In this document: positions 1 to 11,969 of the stretch, in pieces | Layout of the letters: each line of letters begins with the position of its first letter | Numbering within the stretch: the stretch's first letter is position 1 | NCBI GenBank assembly: GCA_000165425.1 | Contig: CT868080.1 | Span: 1 to 58,408 of the forward strand | Direction: 5' to 3' | Origin: Paramecium tetraurelia | Lineage: Eukaryota | Length of the DNA stretch: 58,408 nucleotides | The notes under the pieces: model-generated | Database searches by the model: none | What the model was told of the DNA's origin: nothing | The model's input: only the letters and a program-made list of their open reading frames with translations | Position numbers and translations under genes: made by a program

Positions 1-409
1 CACTCAAATATATTCAGAGATATAACAATCTTTAAAGAGCTTTGAAAAATAACATAGTTAATTGCATTAAAAAATTTACAACGATGAACAAATTTAGTTA
101 AAAAACCATGAAAGAATTAAAACATTAGAGATGACAAAAAATTAATTGGACTAATTTAATTAATAAATGAATCAATTTAAAGAGTAAGTGAAAAATCTAA
201 TAAAAAATGAATATTGCAATAATGAAACAACTAGAAATTTAATAAATAATAAGCTAAAAAATATGGATTAAAATATAAAGGAATAAAATGAACAGTTCGA
301 TAAGTTCACCTAATTTAATTAAGAAGATAAATGTGAAAATATAGATGAATAAATAAAATAATTGGAAGAATTTTAGGGAAAATTAAAGGAACTCAAAGGT
401 AAAGAAATA
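1..409 (+). repeat. Perfect direct repeat, copy 1 (identical to 4058-4466)
   Basis: Base-by-base reading shows identity at offset 4057; divergence begins after ...ggtaaagaaata. Confidence 0.9.
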
Positions 410-1552
410 GAATATCTCTACCAATTCGAGTTAATAATTAAAAATGTTGGATAAGAAAACAAAAGTTAATAAGAAAAAGAAATTCTTTTTTTGAATAATC
501 AATTATAAACTAGGCATAAAGAATATGCAAAGGCTCTGTAATAAATCAAATTTTCAAGTCAAAGTGTTGAATTATTTTAGTAAATGAATCAATAAACGGA
601 AAGTCTCCAAAAAGAATTGTAATATGAAATACTCATTTTGGATAAACTGTTAGAGAATTATAAAGGAAATATCCTGTTATCTGCAAAAACATAAAGAGAT
701 ATGTAAACAAAAAATTAGAAATAATCAGAAAAAATTTAAGATTTATTAAAGAAATTCTAGAAAAATTGCTTAAAAAATGGATAGAAATTAGAGAATATAA
801 TTACAAATGTATCCCAAAAAAAAGAATTTTACTTTTACCCTATGGATGATAAATTAATTAAGAATTGTGAATACTTAAAAATTTAAGAAGAGGAGTTATC
901 AATAGTATTAACTTCAATAAACTAAAAGATATTTACTTAATAATTAACCCCTTAATTATTAAATGAATTAAAAGAACATATTCTAAAAGTCTTTGCAGAT
1001 ATTGATGAGTTAATGAAGAAAATTCCAGAAAATAATGAAATAGAAGAGTTCAACAATCATTATATTAAAAATTTAGAATCCTATGAGAAAGTGTATGCTT
1101 TAATTAATTATATAAAATAATATCACTCAACAAGATATTAGGAAAGAATCAAAGAACATGCAAATTAATAAAAATTAAAACAATAAAATAATAAAGAAAG
1201 CGACTATTAAAAGTAATTCTATTCTAAATTAAACGTGGACTAAGAAGAAAACACAAAAAAAGAGAAAGAAGCATAAGATATATTATTAAGATATGAAAAT
1301 GTGTTATTTAAAAATTACAATATGATGACTATTGAAGCAATGCAGAAGGATAAAATTTAAATTGAAAAAACAACTGTTGAACTAGAAAATTATATTAAAT
1401 AAAAAGACTTAGTGAAATTTAGATCTAAATTGAAAGATTAAAGCAAAATAAAAGACATCATATAAAAGTATCAAATATTTGAGTTAATTTAACAAAAATT
1501 ATTTGAAGAAATATTGCAGAAATAAATTAATCAATCAGGATAATCATTATGA
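1..1552 (+). CDS. 3' part (5'-truncated by window edge) of kinase/long coiled-coil family gene, copy A
   Basis: Code-6 frame from nt 2 (TQIYSEIQQSLKSFEKQHSQLHQKIYNDE...YHSTRYQERIKEHAN...KQINQSGQSL) open to TGA 1550-1552; homologous to the C-terminal coiled coil of genes at 25596-29240 and 48272-51764. Confidence 0.85.
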
Positions 1553-3296
1553 AGATTAATTGAATTTGATAAATCATACAATTTTATATAATTATTATTA
1601 TTATTATGAAGATCATCATTAAAAATTTCTAATATGTAATTGAATTAAACGCTCTTCAATAACAGTTTCGATTAAAACAGCAAAATATTTTGCAATATTC
1701 TGTCAAAATATAAATAATCAAAGATTTAATTAAAAAGAATTTGGATCTACATTATTAACGATCTTTAATGTTAGTATTTCAATCAAAGTTAATTATTAAA
1801 TTTCTGTATTTTTTTAATACTTTGGCATTTTGATATCTATGCTTATGATTTTGAGATTTCATCATTTCAACTTTGAGTTCCTGTATATGTATAAGAGTTT
1901 TCTTTCAAATTTCTTAATTTCAGTTTTCAGAAATCTGAGAGTGAATTAATAAAGAGTTGTTGAGTTGGTTGTAGTTTTTCTTACCAATTTTGTCGAATAT
2001 TTTATCAAATTAACTAAGATGGTTCTTAAGGTCAAATGAGTTAATACGATATTTTTTATTTAAGAATGATCTTTACAATGATTTTGGGGTGATGAGGGGG
2101 TTATACAAAGAAAACGGATTGCTATTTTTAATATGAATTACGCCATATGCTTTTAACAATTTCAAATGAAAATAGTTAATATACGAAAGGACATTAATCA
2201 AATTATTTGAAAAAATATTGATTAAATTTTAATGCACTATTTTATTCATTTTTAAACGAATTTTTTGGTTTCTTTGTATTTTGAAAGAGATTTAATACTT
2301 TAGAATTCATGGGAATATTTAGATGTAGAATAAGATGATGTGGTTATCTCCCTAATCATTATGTCTGATATTTGATCAGCATAAGATTATTTTTTCTTAC
2401 AATTCGCTAATCCAAATTGAGATCTTCAATTTTCATTTGATTCTTGTTATTTTATTAAAAGCATAATATTTTAAGATGGATAACAAAAATTATTCATTCT
2501 GTATTAATGATACTGCCTTAAGCTGAAGATTGATAAATTTGGAAAAGTAAATTAGGAAAACACAAGAAAATGTATAAAATTGAATGATAATAAGAAGTTT
2601 ACGAAAAACAGAGATATTAAATCATTAAATCAGATAGTGAGTAGGAATTAATTATCATGTTGCAAAATAGAAATAGAATAAGCTTTAATCATTATTTTTA
2701 TTTATTATTTATTTGGATAATATGGGGCTGTTATAAAAATCTGATTTTATCTCAAAAGATTTAGGAGAAAAGAAGGCAGCTACAAATTTAATTAAACTTA
2801 AATATAGATATCAATCTTATCAGAAATCCTTTAATTATTAGCAAGTTGAAAATATAGATTTACTCTTTTGGTTCCTTAAATTTGTTTAAAAAGCTCATGT
2901 ATTGATCTAGATAGATTTAGGGAGGCATTTATGATTTATTCTTGGGATTTTTTAAATATATTCCACAGTGTTGTTTATTGGATTCAGTTAGGAGTATATA
3001 ATTATAACCATTTCTTAGCTACACTTAATAGTTTCGCGCCCTATCTCGTTGGTGAATATCACTGTTATCATAGGGCAGTATAATATGTTTTAACTTATAA
3101 TGTTTGCATTAATACAAATTTTACAAAATAAACTAATAAAATAAATAACATAGGAAATTGAAAAAATTATTAACTACAACTTAATAAAGAAATTTCTTTA
3201 TCAGACAACTAAAATAGAAAGGAAATAAAAGAATTAGAACAATGAAAAATAATTAATGCTTAATTAAATAGAATACAAAATTAAAATATTTCATCG

Positions 3297-5265
3297 ATGG
3301 TGTCATAATTGGCATGTCTCAAAGAACCTTCTCCTGAGCCTAACCCGATACCTGAGGGTCTGAGTTAGGTTTAGAGTAGACTTGGTGATGTTATAGAGAG
3401 CGATGGAAAAAAGGAGGGGAGAAAGAAAGTGAGGTATGAGCTTCTCCCAAACAACCCGGTTGGGCCTAGAAGTTCAGAGGAGGATGTTGAATTGTGTTAT
3501 AGCATATCTAAACTACTAATAAGATTTTCATTGATGAACTAACTGAAAATAAAACTAATCACTGAAATTATTTCACCAGATAGAAAAAATCAGAATTGTT
3601 TCCGCATATTAAAAAATGTATTTTTAAGGGAAGAGAAAATTCAAGACGCTATTAATTATCATTAACAAATAACATAAGTGGTTTAAACTGTAGAATTTTA
3701 GGAGAAAAGAATTTAGAAAGATGAAGCTTTACAATAATAAATTGTTACATATTAATCATATAATAGCAAGTTAGAGGAAATTTTATAGGCTTAAAATAGA
3801 CTCAAAACTCATATTGAAGAGGCAAATAAAAGTATTTAATAAACAGATAAGCAATTTTTGGATAAACATCAGTCTTAAATTCAAGAATTAAATGATAAAT
3901 TAAATGATTACTAGGAAAAATATCAGTATTTCTCAACAAATTAAAAATATTCAATTTAAATCACTTAAGTAATTAATCAGATAGGACAAGCATTTTGTTA
4001 TTTAAATAATTTAAAATAATTAATATCTTAAAGGACATTGCCAGCTTATTAACAATACACTCAAATATATTCAGAGATATAACAATCTTTAAAGAGCTTT
4101 GAAAAATAACATAGTTAATTGCATTAAAAAATTTACAACGATGAACAAATTTAGTTAAAAAACCATGAAAGAATTAAAACATTAGAGATGACAAAAAATT
4201 AATTGGACTAATTTAATTAATAAATGAATCAATTTAAAGAGTAAGTGAAAAATCTAATAAAAAATGAATATTGCAATAATGAAACAACTAGAAATTTAAT
4301 AAATAATAAGCTAAAAAATATGGATTAAAATATAAAGGAATAAAATGAACAGTTCGATAAGTTCACCTAATTTAATTAAGAAGATAAATGTGAAAATATA
4401 GATGAATAAATAAAATAATTGGAAGAATTTTAGGGAAAATTAAAGGAACTCAAAGGTAAAGAAATATAAAGATAAACTAATTAGAGCTAATAATTAAAAA
4501 ATAAAGAAATTCTTACTTTAAATAATCAATTATGAAATAGGTTTGGAGAATATATGTCGACCCTATAATCAATTTAATTTAAATTTCAAAGTATAGAATT
4601 TTATTAGTAATTGAATCAATAAAAGAAAAATCCCAGAAAAGAATTAAAAATGAATCAAGCGTTTTGGATTGATATGAAAAAGACTTCAAATACAAAATGC
4701 ACTGTTATTTGAGTAAATGTAAAAATCGATTTTAGCAAAAAAAGGGCAATAATAAGAATTAATTTACTAGTTGTTCAAAAAATTGCAGTAAATCAATCTT
4801 TTTAAAGGAAAAAAGTGATTAGAAATAGATAAGAGAGTATTTCAAAATATTCAGAAAGTAATTTCTACGAAATGGATGATAACTTAATTAAGAATTTTAA
4901 AAAATAAAATTCCAAAGAAGAAATGTTATCTATTGAAATAAATTCCATAATTAAAAAATCACCCAATTAAGAATTATTCATTAAAAATTCAATGAATTCT
5001 GAGAGCATATTAACAAGTACTTAATTTATATTGATTAATAAATGAACAAATTCCATAATTTGATGAAATTTCAGAATTCAACAAAGTGTATAATAATAAA
5101 ATGTAAAATTATATGAGAAAATATAAGCTTTAATTACCTATATTAAATAATATCACTTAACAAGGTATTATGAAAGAATTAAAGAAAATGCAAATTAATA
5201 GAAGAAAAAACAATAGAATAGCAAAGAAAGGATTAAGAAGAAAATGCAAAAAAAGAGACAGAAGT
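3297..5265 (+). pseudogene. Decayed, kinase-less paralog of the kinase/coiled-coil family, copy B
   Basis: Frame from ATG 3297 joins family coiled-coil sequence (EKIQDAINYHQQITQVVQTVEFQE...); frameshifts and TGA around 4960-5045; ~37-nt deletion near 5230 relative to copy A; homology stops near 5265. Confidence 0.75.
4058..4466 (+). repeat. Perfect direct repeat, copy 2 (identical to 1-409)
   Basis: Direct sequence comparison. Confidence 0.9.
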
Positions 5266-5310
5266 TAATTTTTTATATTTACATTTTAATAATTACAATT
5301 ATTATTTATT

Positions 5311-6069
5311 TCAGATATAATTAACATCTCTTTGTTGTGATCCTTTTAATTTCTATGCCAATTATTTAACTCTTTAATATTAGACTATTGGACATAAATT
5401 TTTAGTTATATCATTCTACGATTATAAATTAATGTAATACTAGTTTAAAAGCTGGTTTGGGCAATGGCCTATGCTCTTCATCACTCAATAAAGAATAAAC
5501 TTCACTTATCAATTTTTCTAATTCTATTTTCTTTTCTTCACTCTTTTAATTATTAATTTATTTAAATTATAGGGCTTCCATGGGCTTCTCCTATTACTCT
5601 ATTCTTTATTTTTATAATTATATTTATGATTCAGAGTTGTGTTTCTTTTTTTTTTTTAATAAGTCTTGGATTTTTATAAATTGCTTTTACTCCATAGATA
5701 AGTTATTAAAGCTATAAAACATATAGTTTCTACTATGCTTAGTATTTAAGTATTCAGGATTTTGAATGTAATTCTAACATCATTTTAACATTTACATCTA
5801 AAATTTGAGTTTGCTTTGATAATCTTATTTAGAGCACTCTAATATTTAATTGATTGCATTCTTTTGATAATTATCTAATTTTTTTGTTAATCTATATATT
5901 TTTAATTAATTCTTACTTGAATAAAGCATAACAACTCTTTATCATTCAAATATTAAGAGATTATTAAAATCAGATTCCCAACATCTAGAACCTTCTCTGG
6001 GTTTGCTAATGGCGGTTCAAAATTTCCATATGCAATCTGATTGAAATATTTTTTTATTAAAGAGTTCAT
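5311..6069 (-). CDS. F-box-like protein with coiled-coil tail (3 tiny introns)
   Basis: ATG 6069; VLDVGNLILIISQYLNDKELLCFIQINKKIRQLSK resembles the F-box consensus; introns gtaagaatt..tatag, gtaaatgtt..gttag and gtattacatt..cgtag restore the frame to TGA 5311-5313. Confidence 0.65.
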
Positions 6070-6345
6070 TAAAAAATTATAATTGAAAATATTTTGTATT
6101 CCAATAATGGTTTTACCTCAAAGAATTTATAAATTTTCAATTTCAAGACATTGAGATTAATTGATCACTATTATTAGAGATAGGAGAGTAATTCAAATAG
6201 TTGATAAGATCGTTTAAGCAAATTATTTTATATGAATTAATTTAGAATTATGTTGTGCTGTAAATAATAACAATTATTATATTTTATAAATACTATATTA
6301 ATAGATAAACAAATTTAAAAACATAAAACAATAAATTAATTATAA

Positions 6346-8657
6346 TCATCTTTTCTTTAGGTATTTCATTTGCAGTTTTTTAACTTCTTCATCTGAATCG
6401 GAATCCTCATAGTCTTTTAAATTAAATTTAATCTTAGGCATAGCTTTAGTCCCAGCACTCTATTCTAATTGATTATTGGACATCATATTCTCTCTAAGGT
6501 CATTAAATTAAATCATACTTGTTATATGATTTCTGTATAGATGAAATTAAAATTGATTATTTATTTGTTGAGGATTGCTAATACTATTAGGATTTCTTTT
6601 GGGATTATTATAATAATTGTAACTATTGTTATTACTATAAGAATTAGTTCTATTGTTACAATTATTGTTGTTATTATTATTGTTATAATTATTAAGTAAA
6701 TTAATCAATTCTAACATATTTATTTGGACTTTCTTATTAAAATGTATTATTGGTCAAATAGTTAAATTAAGAAACATCATTTTGTTGATTGAATGTTGGG
6801 GATTGAATCTATAAAAAGGTATTTGTTTCTAATTTTGAATTCTATAGAGAAAAAGGAGATAAAGATTAAGAATGATTTTAATGATTTTCATGTTGAGTAT
6901 TTCCATTGATATCCTTAAATCATGGCTTAGTTTCTTTTAATTTATCTCTTAATGTCACTATCTTTCATAGATATAATTAAATCGCCTAAAGATTGTTTTT
7001 TATTAGTTGAAATTTTGAATTGATGAGAAGTATCAGAGTTATTTGAATTATTTTATGAGATTAATTTATTAATAGAATTCCTAGTTGAATTTTACATCGA
7101 TTCTATCTTGTCACATAATATTTATTAAGCTATCTCTTCTATTTCTTATTCTTTTTTTTTAGATTGAGTTTTCAATTTCAATTATTCACTTAAGAAATCT
7201 ATCTTCTATACTGGCAAACCAATTCTTTTATTTGATGGATGAAATGTCTATTCATTTCTCGGAGGACTCATGGGTTATTGCACATTTGGTTATTGCATCT
7301 AAATAATACTTTAATCATACTTAATGAAGTAGAGCTCTTTATAAATCTATAATTTGTGTTTGCATTAATTTTAACTATTCTGATTACATGATAACTAATT
7401 TTTCTGTTAAATGCTAATTTTAAGGGAAATTTGCAGATTAATAACTTTAATTGGAGTCTAAAGGTTAAGGGACTGGTGGCTGTTTAACTGTGCTTTCCTA
7501 TTAAAATGATTATTCAATAGTTTGAATAGGTTCTGCAGATCGAATTTCCTGTTTATTAATATTTTAAGTCTTATTTGGATTCTGATTGGTATTGCAGATA
7601 GGATTATATAAATCTGCCATTTTTTCAATTTATTTAAATGGTTAAGCAGATGCTAGATCAATTTAATGATGATCTAGATTAAGTATTCTCTCTTAAGATC
7701 TTACAATTTTATATTGAGGGTCTTCTTGAATGCTAACTTCAAAGAACTATGGAGATTGATTCTTTTGGAATTGAATGAATAAAAATTAATCATATTAATC
7801 TTTACAAATTCTTCGGGTGATGTATGGACTACAAATATATTCTGTTAACATTGTCCATATGTATTATCTATTATTTAATGGTTCATCATATGGATCATTT
7901 GAATATAACCAAGTACCTATTAATGGCAATTAAAAGATAAGAGGATCTTGAATCATCAAAGGAAAGATTCGGTTAGATTGATCAAGAGAGAGAAATCCAA
8001 ATTTGTATTGAACCTTTTCTTTCTTTTAACTTGATCTCGATTTTGTAATCATTTTAGTTAGTGGAGTTTCTACAAATTTGTTAGTGTGTCTTATTTCTTA
8101 TAATCTAAATTTGACAGATGGATAATGCAAAAAAGTAGTTATTTGATTACATTTTTAAAAGTACAAAGCAAATCTAAATAAATTCAAATAGAGCAGATCA
8201 ATATTAATTGTATTATATGAGCAGGCTTTTTCATTAATAAATTGAGCAAGGGAGTCAGCATTCCAATTCGAATTAGCAACTGCAAAGTTTAATAAGATGG
8301 GATACATGTTATCGTTTTCCAATTTCCTAATTAATAATGAATGTTTCTTTACTCTTTATAAGTTTCTTCTATGTCATAAGAAATAATATCAATTGAGATT
8401 GTATTATCAAATTCAAAAGAGTTCGTTAACCCATAGGCTTGTTTGAATTGCTGATGATACTTAATTTTATGTTGCAGTTTATCATTAACAAAGATGGATG
8501 GTAAGAATTCTTCACTCTTCAATTCGATTTGAATGGATTTCAATTGATACTTGGTGATGAAATTATAGAATGAGGGTTGATAGGGAATGAAAGTAAAGAG
8601 TTGATTAAAGCTTTTGACATCTTATTCTAAATATTCAACAAGGTCTTAGGTTTGCAT
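6346..8657 (-). CDS. STIL/Ana2/SAS-5-like basal-body protein (STIL_N domain, central coiled coil, STAN-like C-terminus); apparent +1 frameshift at ~6920-6891
   Basis: ATG 8657; introns 8352-8327, 7320-7299, 6518-6494; motifs VETPLTKMI..YKFGFLSLDQSNRIFPLMIQDPLIFQLPLIGTWLYS..IWTMLTEYI..SPQFFEV, EKLVIMQSEQLKLMQTQIIDLQRAL, MPKIKFNLKDYEDSDSDEEVKKLQMKYL; final TGA 6346-6348. Confidence 0.75.
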
Positions 8658-8736
8658 TTTGAATTTAAATATAACAAATTAATTAATATATCTGAATATA
8701 TATTAATAAGAGAGTAATAAAAGTAATATAATATAA
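8658..8736. promoter_or_regulatory. 79-bp divergent (bidirectional) intergenic promoter region
   Basis: Very AT-rich spacer between ATG 8657 (-) and ATG 8737 (+). Confidence 0.5.
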
Positions 8737-10386
8737 ATGCAAGTACTATATCAAATGAATTGTGTAAGGAAACACATTTTGAAAAGCAAAACATATTATT
8801 TGTAAGTCCTTGAAGATTCAATGATTTTGAGTGAAGTAAGTCTACTGAATATATAATATAGCATAAAAACATGTTGAATCCCAAGTATATAATCCAATTT
8901 AATTTTGAAACAAGAGTAATGTGGAAGGTTTCAGAATAAGATGAATTATGTTCATTTGGAATCTACTATGTGAATCGAATTAAATGGTTCGACTCTGATC
9001 ATAATTCTCTCAATCTCTTGAAAATTCACCTGTCTCCTAAAGTCTTTTTTGGAAATATTTCTATATTTTACGATTCTGGTTCCATTATTGGATCAGGAGC
9101 ATCATCAAAAGTGAAATATAAAAATTTAAATTAGGTTTGTCTGGTTAAAGTAAAGAAGAGTATTCTTGAATATGCAGCCAAATGCATTTCGAAAAAGTAT
9201 CTCTTACAAAAAAAGTCAAATGACCGCATGGTATAAATTTTCTTATTTATTATTAGAATAGATTATAATAAGAAATTTAAATCTTACAGAAGATTGATCA
9301 TCCATATTTCGTAAAGCTACATGAGATCTACCAAGGAGAGAACTCTTACTATTTGGTGACGGATTACTTGTCAGGGGATACACTTTATAATTACATTAAA
9401 ACATTTCCAGACGATTAGATACCATCTCATTAGATCAGGGAAGCTATCAAAGTTTGCTTATATTTCTATTTTAGATTATATTGACAGCATTAAAATATTT
9501 GGAAATTAACAATATTATCCATAGAGATATCAAATTAGAAAATATCTTATTATAAAAATAAAATGATATTACTTCATTAAAGATAATTGATTTTGGCTTG
9601 GCAATTTATGCATAACCTTAATAGAAAATTAGTATTTGTGGCACTCCTGGATACATTGCCCCTGAAATACTCAAAAATTCCAACGCAGATGAATATTTTA
9701 CTCATAAATGTGACATTTTCAGCGCAGGAGTCATCTTTTATAAATTGTAAGATTAATCATAACCATAATCCTAGATTGACAAAGAAAACATTGTTTCGAG
9801 CTCAAAACACAATGGAAATTATGGAACAGAATAAATTATGTTTAGTCAATTATTAAGATATTGAATATAAGTTATAAAAGGAGGCAGTTAGTTTGTTAAA
9901 ATCAATGTTGGATCCGAATCCTAGAACTAGATATTCAGCAGCATAATGTCTTGAACATCCTTACTTTAGTTGTAAACTTGAGAATATTAATATTTTATAA
10001 GAGATCTTAGATAAAGCTACAGGATTTTCTGGTCTCTCATAAATTAGTATAATATATTATTATCTTTTATAGAAGAATAAAAGGATACTCATTCAATTGG
10101 AATAGAGTCTCAAGCTGCATAAGTTAAAAGATGCAATCCTACATCCTATAAGATAAGAACAGAATAAAGAAAAAGAACTAAAAGCCCTAGAAAATATGCG
10201 GAATTTCAATTTTATTGTCCGTCCTTTTGTTAAATGAACTCATTCGAAAGTTTAAGTAGCAAAGGATCTTCTTCCTATTCTAATAAAGTTTCAAGGATTG
10301 AAAATTTAATTAATGATAAATTAGATTCGGTGATTGAAGAAGATGATAAATTTCAATAAAATATTAAGTAAGTATGTTCAAATTGA
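8737..10386 (+). CDS. Ser/Thr protein kinase (CAMK-like) with N-terminal extension; several tiny introns
   Basis: IGSGASSK, YAAK, HRDIKLEN, IIDFGLA, CGTPGYIAPE, CDIFSAG; TGA 10384-10386. Confidence 0.9.
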
Positions 10387-10509
10387 GTAAATTTACTGAA
10401 TTAATTATGTTTATAAGTTTTATTCCCATTTAATTAACATTTTATTAAGCCTTCATTAATATTTTAATTCATAAATAATTAAATTTTCAATTAATATATA
10501 TATAATTTG

Positions 10510-10893
10510 ATGAATGATAACAATTTAGACACGTAATAATAATAAACAAGAAGTGGATAAACATAAGGAACATATCAAACAATTAAATCAAATAATATTG
10601 AATTACATATAAATACAAATACTCTTATTCAATAGGAAAGTCCATATCCAAAGGTTCCTTAAACGAGGAAATCAGAAAAACTATTCTGTTCCAAATGCAA
10701 TGCTCCTGTAGATTCAGATATTTCCTATGAAATGGGTAAAGGAAGCTATGTAATAATTTTTATTTTACTTGCACTCATAATAACCTGTTTTTTTGCATTT
10801 ATTCCTTGTCTTTTGAATAATTGTAAAGATGTGCAACATCGATGTTCCAAATGTACTAAATTATTAGGCACTAAATAATTTTTGTTTGGATGA
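10510..10893 (+). CDS. LITAF-like zinc-ribbon membrane-associated protein (127 aa)
   Basis: CSKC..ISYEMGKGSY, hydrophobic segment, FIPCLLNNCKDVQHRCSKCTKLLG; single exon. Confidence 0.9.
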
Positions 10894-11076
10894 AAATCAA
10901 TTCAATTTTTCTACTTTTAAAATAAAATGATATGTGATAATTAAAATCTGCATTTTATTCAAATTAGATTTATTTCATAAAGTATTTAAATGAGATCATT
11001 TGGTTAATTTTTCACTTTAATCTCTTTTGGATTGCAGATATGAGTTAGGAAATAAATTAATAACGAAATAATAAAA

Positions 11077-11706
11077 TCACAAAAATAATTAAGATTTTGC
11101 TACGTATCTATGAAACATTCCAGATTCTTTTAATTCCTATTTTTATTATTCAATCCTTGTATCTAAATTCAGTTTTCTACCCTCTTTCATTCCATTTGTG
11201 TTTTATAAAAACTTAGTTTTCTTCCATTATTAAGACATCTATTAATATCTGGCAACTGGATCAGATCTTTTTGGTAATGTATTAAATGATTTTTATTTGT
11301 AATTATATTTTTTTTGCATTTATTAACTTTAATGAATGCTTGTAGTATAGATAGGCTTATAAGACGAGGAATTCGAAGTGGAAGGTCTATTTTCAATTTT
11401 GCTAATGTTTTTCAATTAATTTGTAGTTTCAGTCAAGATTTTTGGGTTATTTAAGTTGGATTGAGATTTCTTATTTTCAATTTGGTTTCTTTAAGGTAAT
11501 CTAAATTTAATTCCATTTTTTTATAATTTGTTATCATGCTCTTATTCTTCATCATCCTCATTTTCATCATCATTTTCTTCGTCAGCCTCGCTTATGTTTT
11601 ATTTGTTATCAGCAAATTGGATGGCTTCAAAATCTTATCTGTCATAATCTTAATATTCATCTTCTGGAATAGATGAGATTTCTTCATCGCTGCTATAATG
11701 TTACAT
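11077..11706 (-). CDS. HYLS1-like centriolar/basal-body protein (209 aa)
   Basis: Single-exon ORF; acidic N-terminus; C-terminal KRSDPVARYQQMSQQWKK..EGRKLNL resembles the HYLS-1 box (K.DPV.RY......W...RK.L). Confidence 0.7.
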
Positions 11707-11969
11707 TGTAATTATATTACTAACAGTTAATAATTTAAATTTTTAATTTATAAAGAAAGAGTATTGCGTAAACTCTATATATTAATTAATATAAGATTGT
11801 ATTATTCGTAAGGAGTGTCTAAGATATATAATATTAAATTTTTTAAATTATTTGATGTATGATTGCAATTGTAAATTTCAAAGGGGGTGGGTCTGATAAG
11901 ATTATAAGAACCAAGGATTAATATAAGATAAATCAAAGGATTTTTTTAAATATAAAATCTTGTGTGAAA

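Noticed and set aside
2722..3245. Spliced ORF from ATG 2722 with two intron-like segments
   Set aside because: Runs into TGA stops and frame conflicts before joining copy B; no recognisable domain, so left uncalled
6590..6700. (TTA/TTG)n microsatellite-like run
   Set aside because: It is the poly-Gln coding tract (TAA/CAA) of the STIL-like gene
8627..8884. Supplied standard-code ORFs such as 8627-8884, 9587-9856, 11187-11396, 12062-12268, 31205-31556, 39598-39855 and 55317-55499
   Set aside because: They are antisense or off-frame shadows of real code-6 genes and have no motifs
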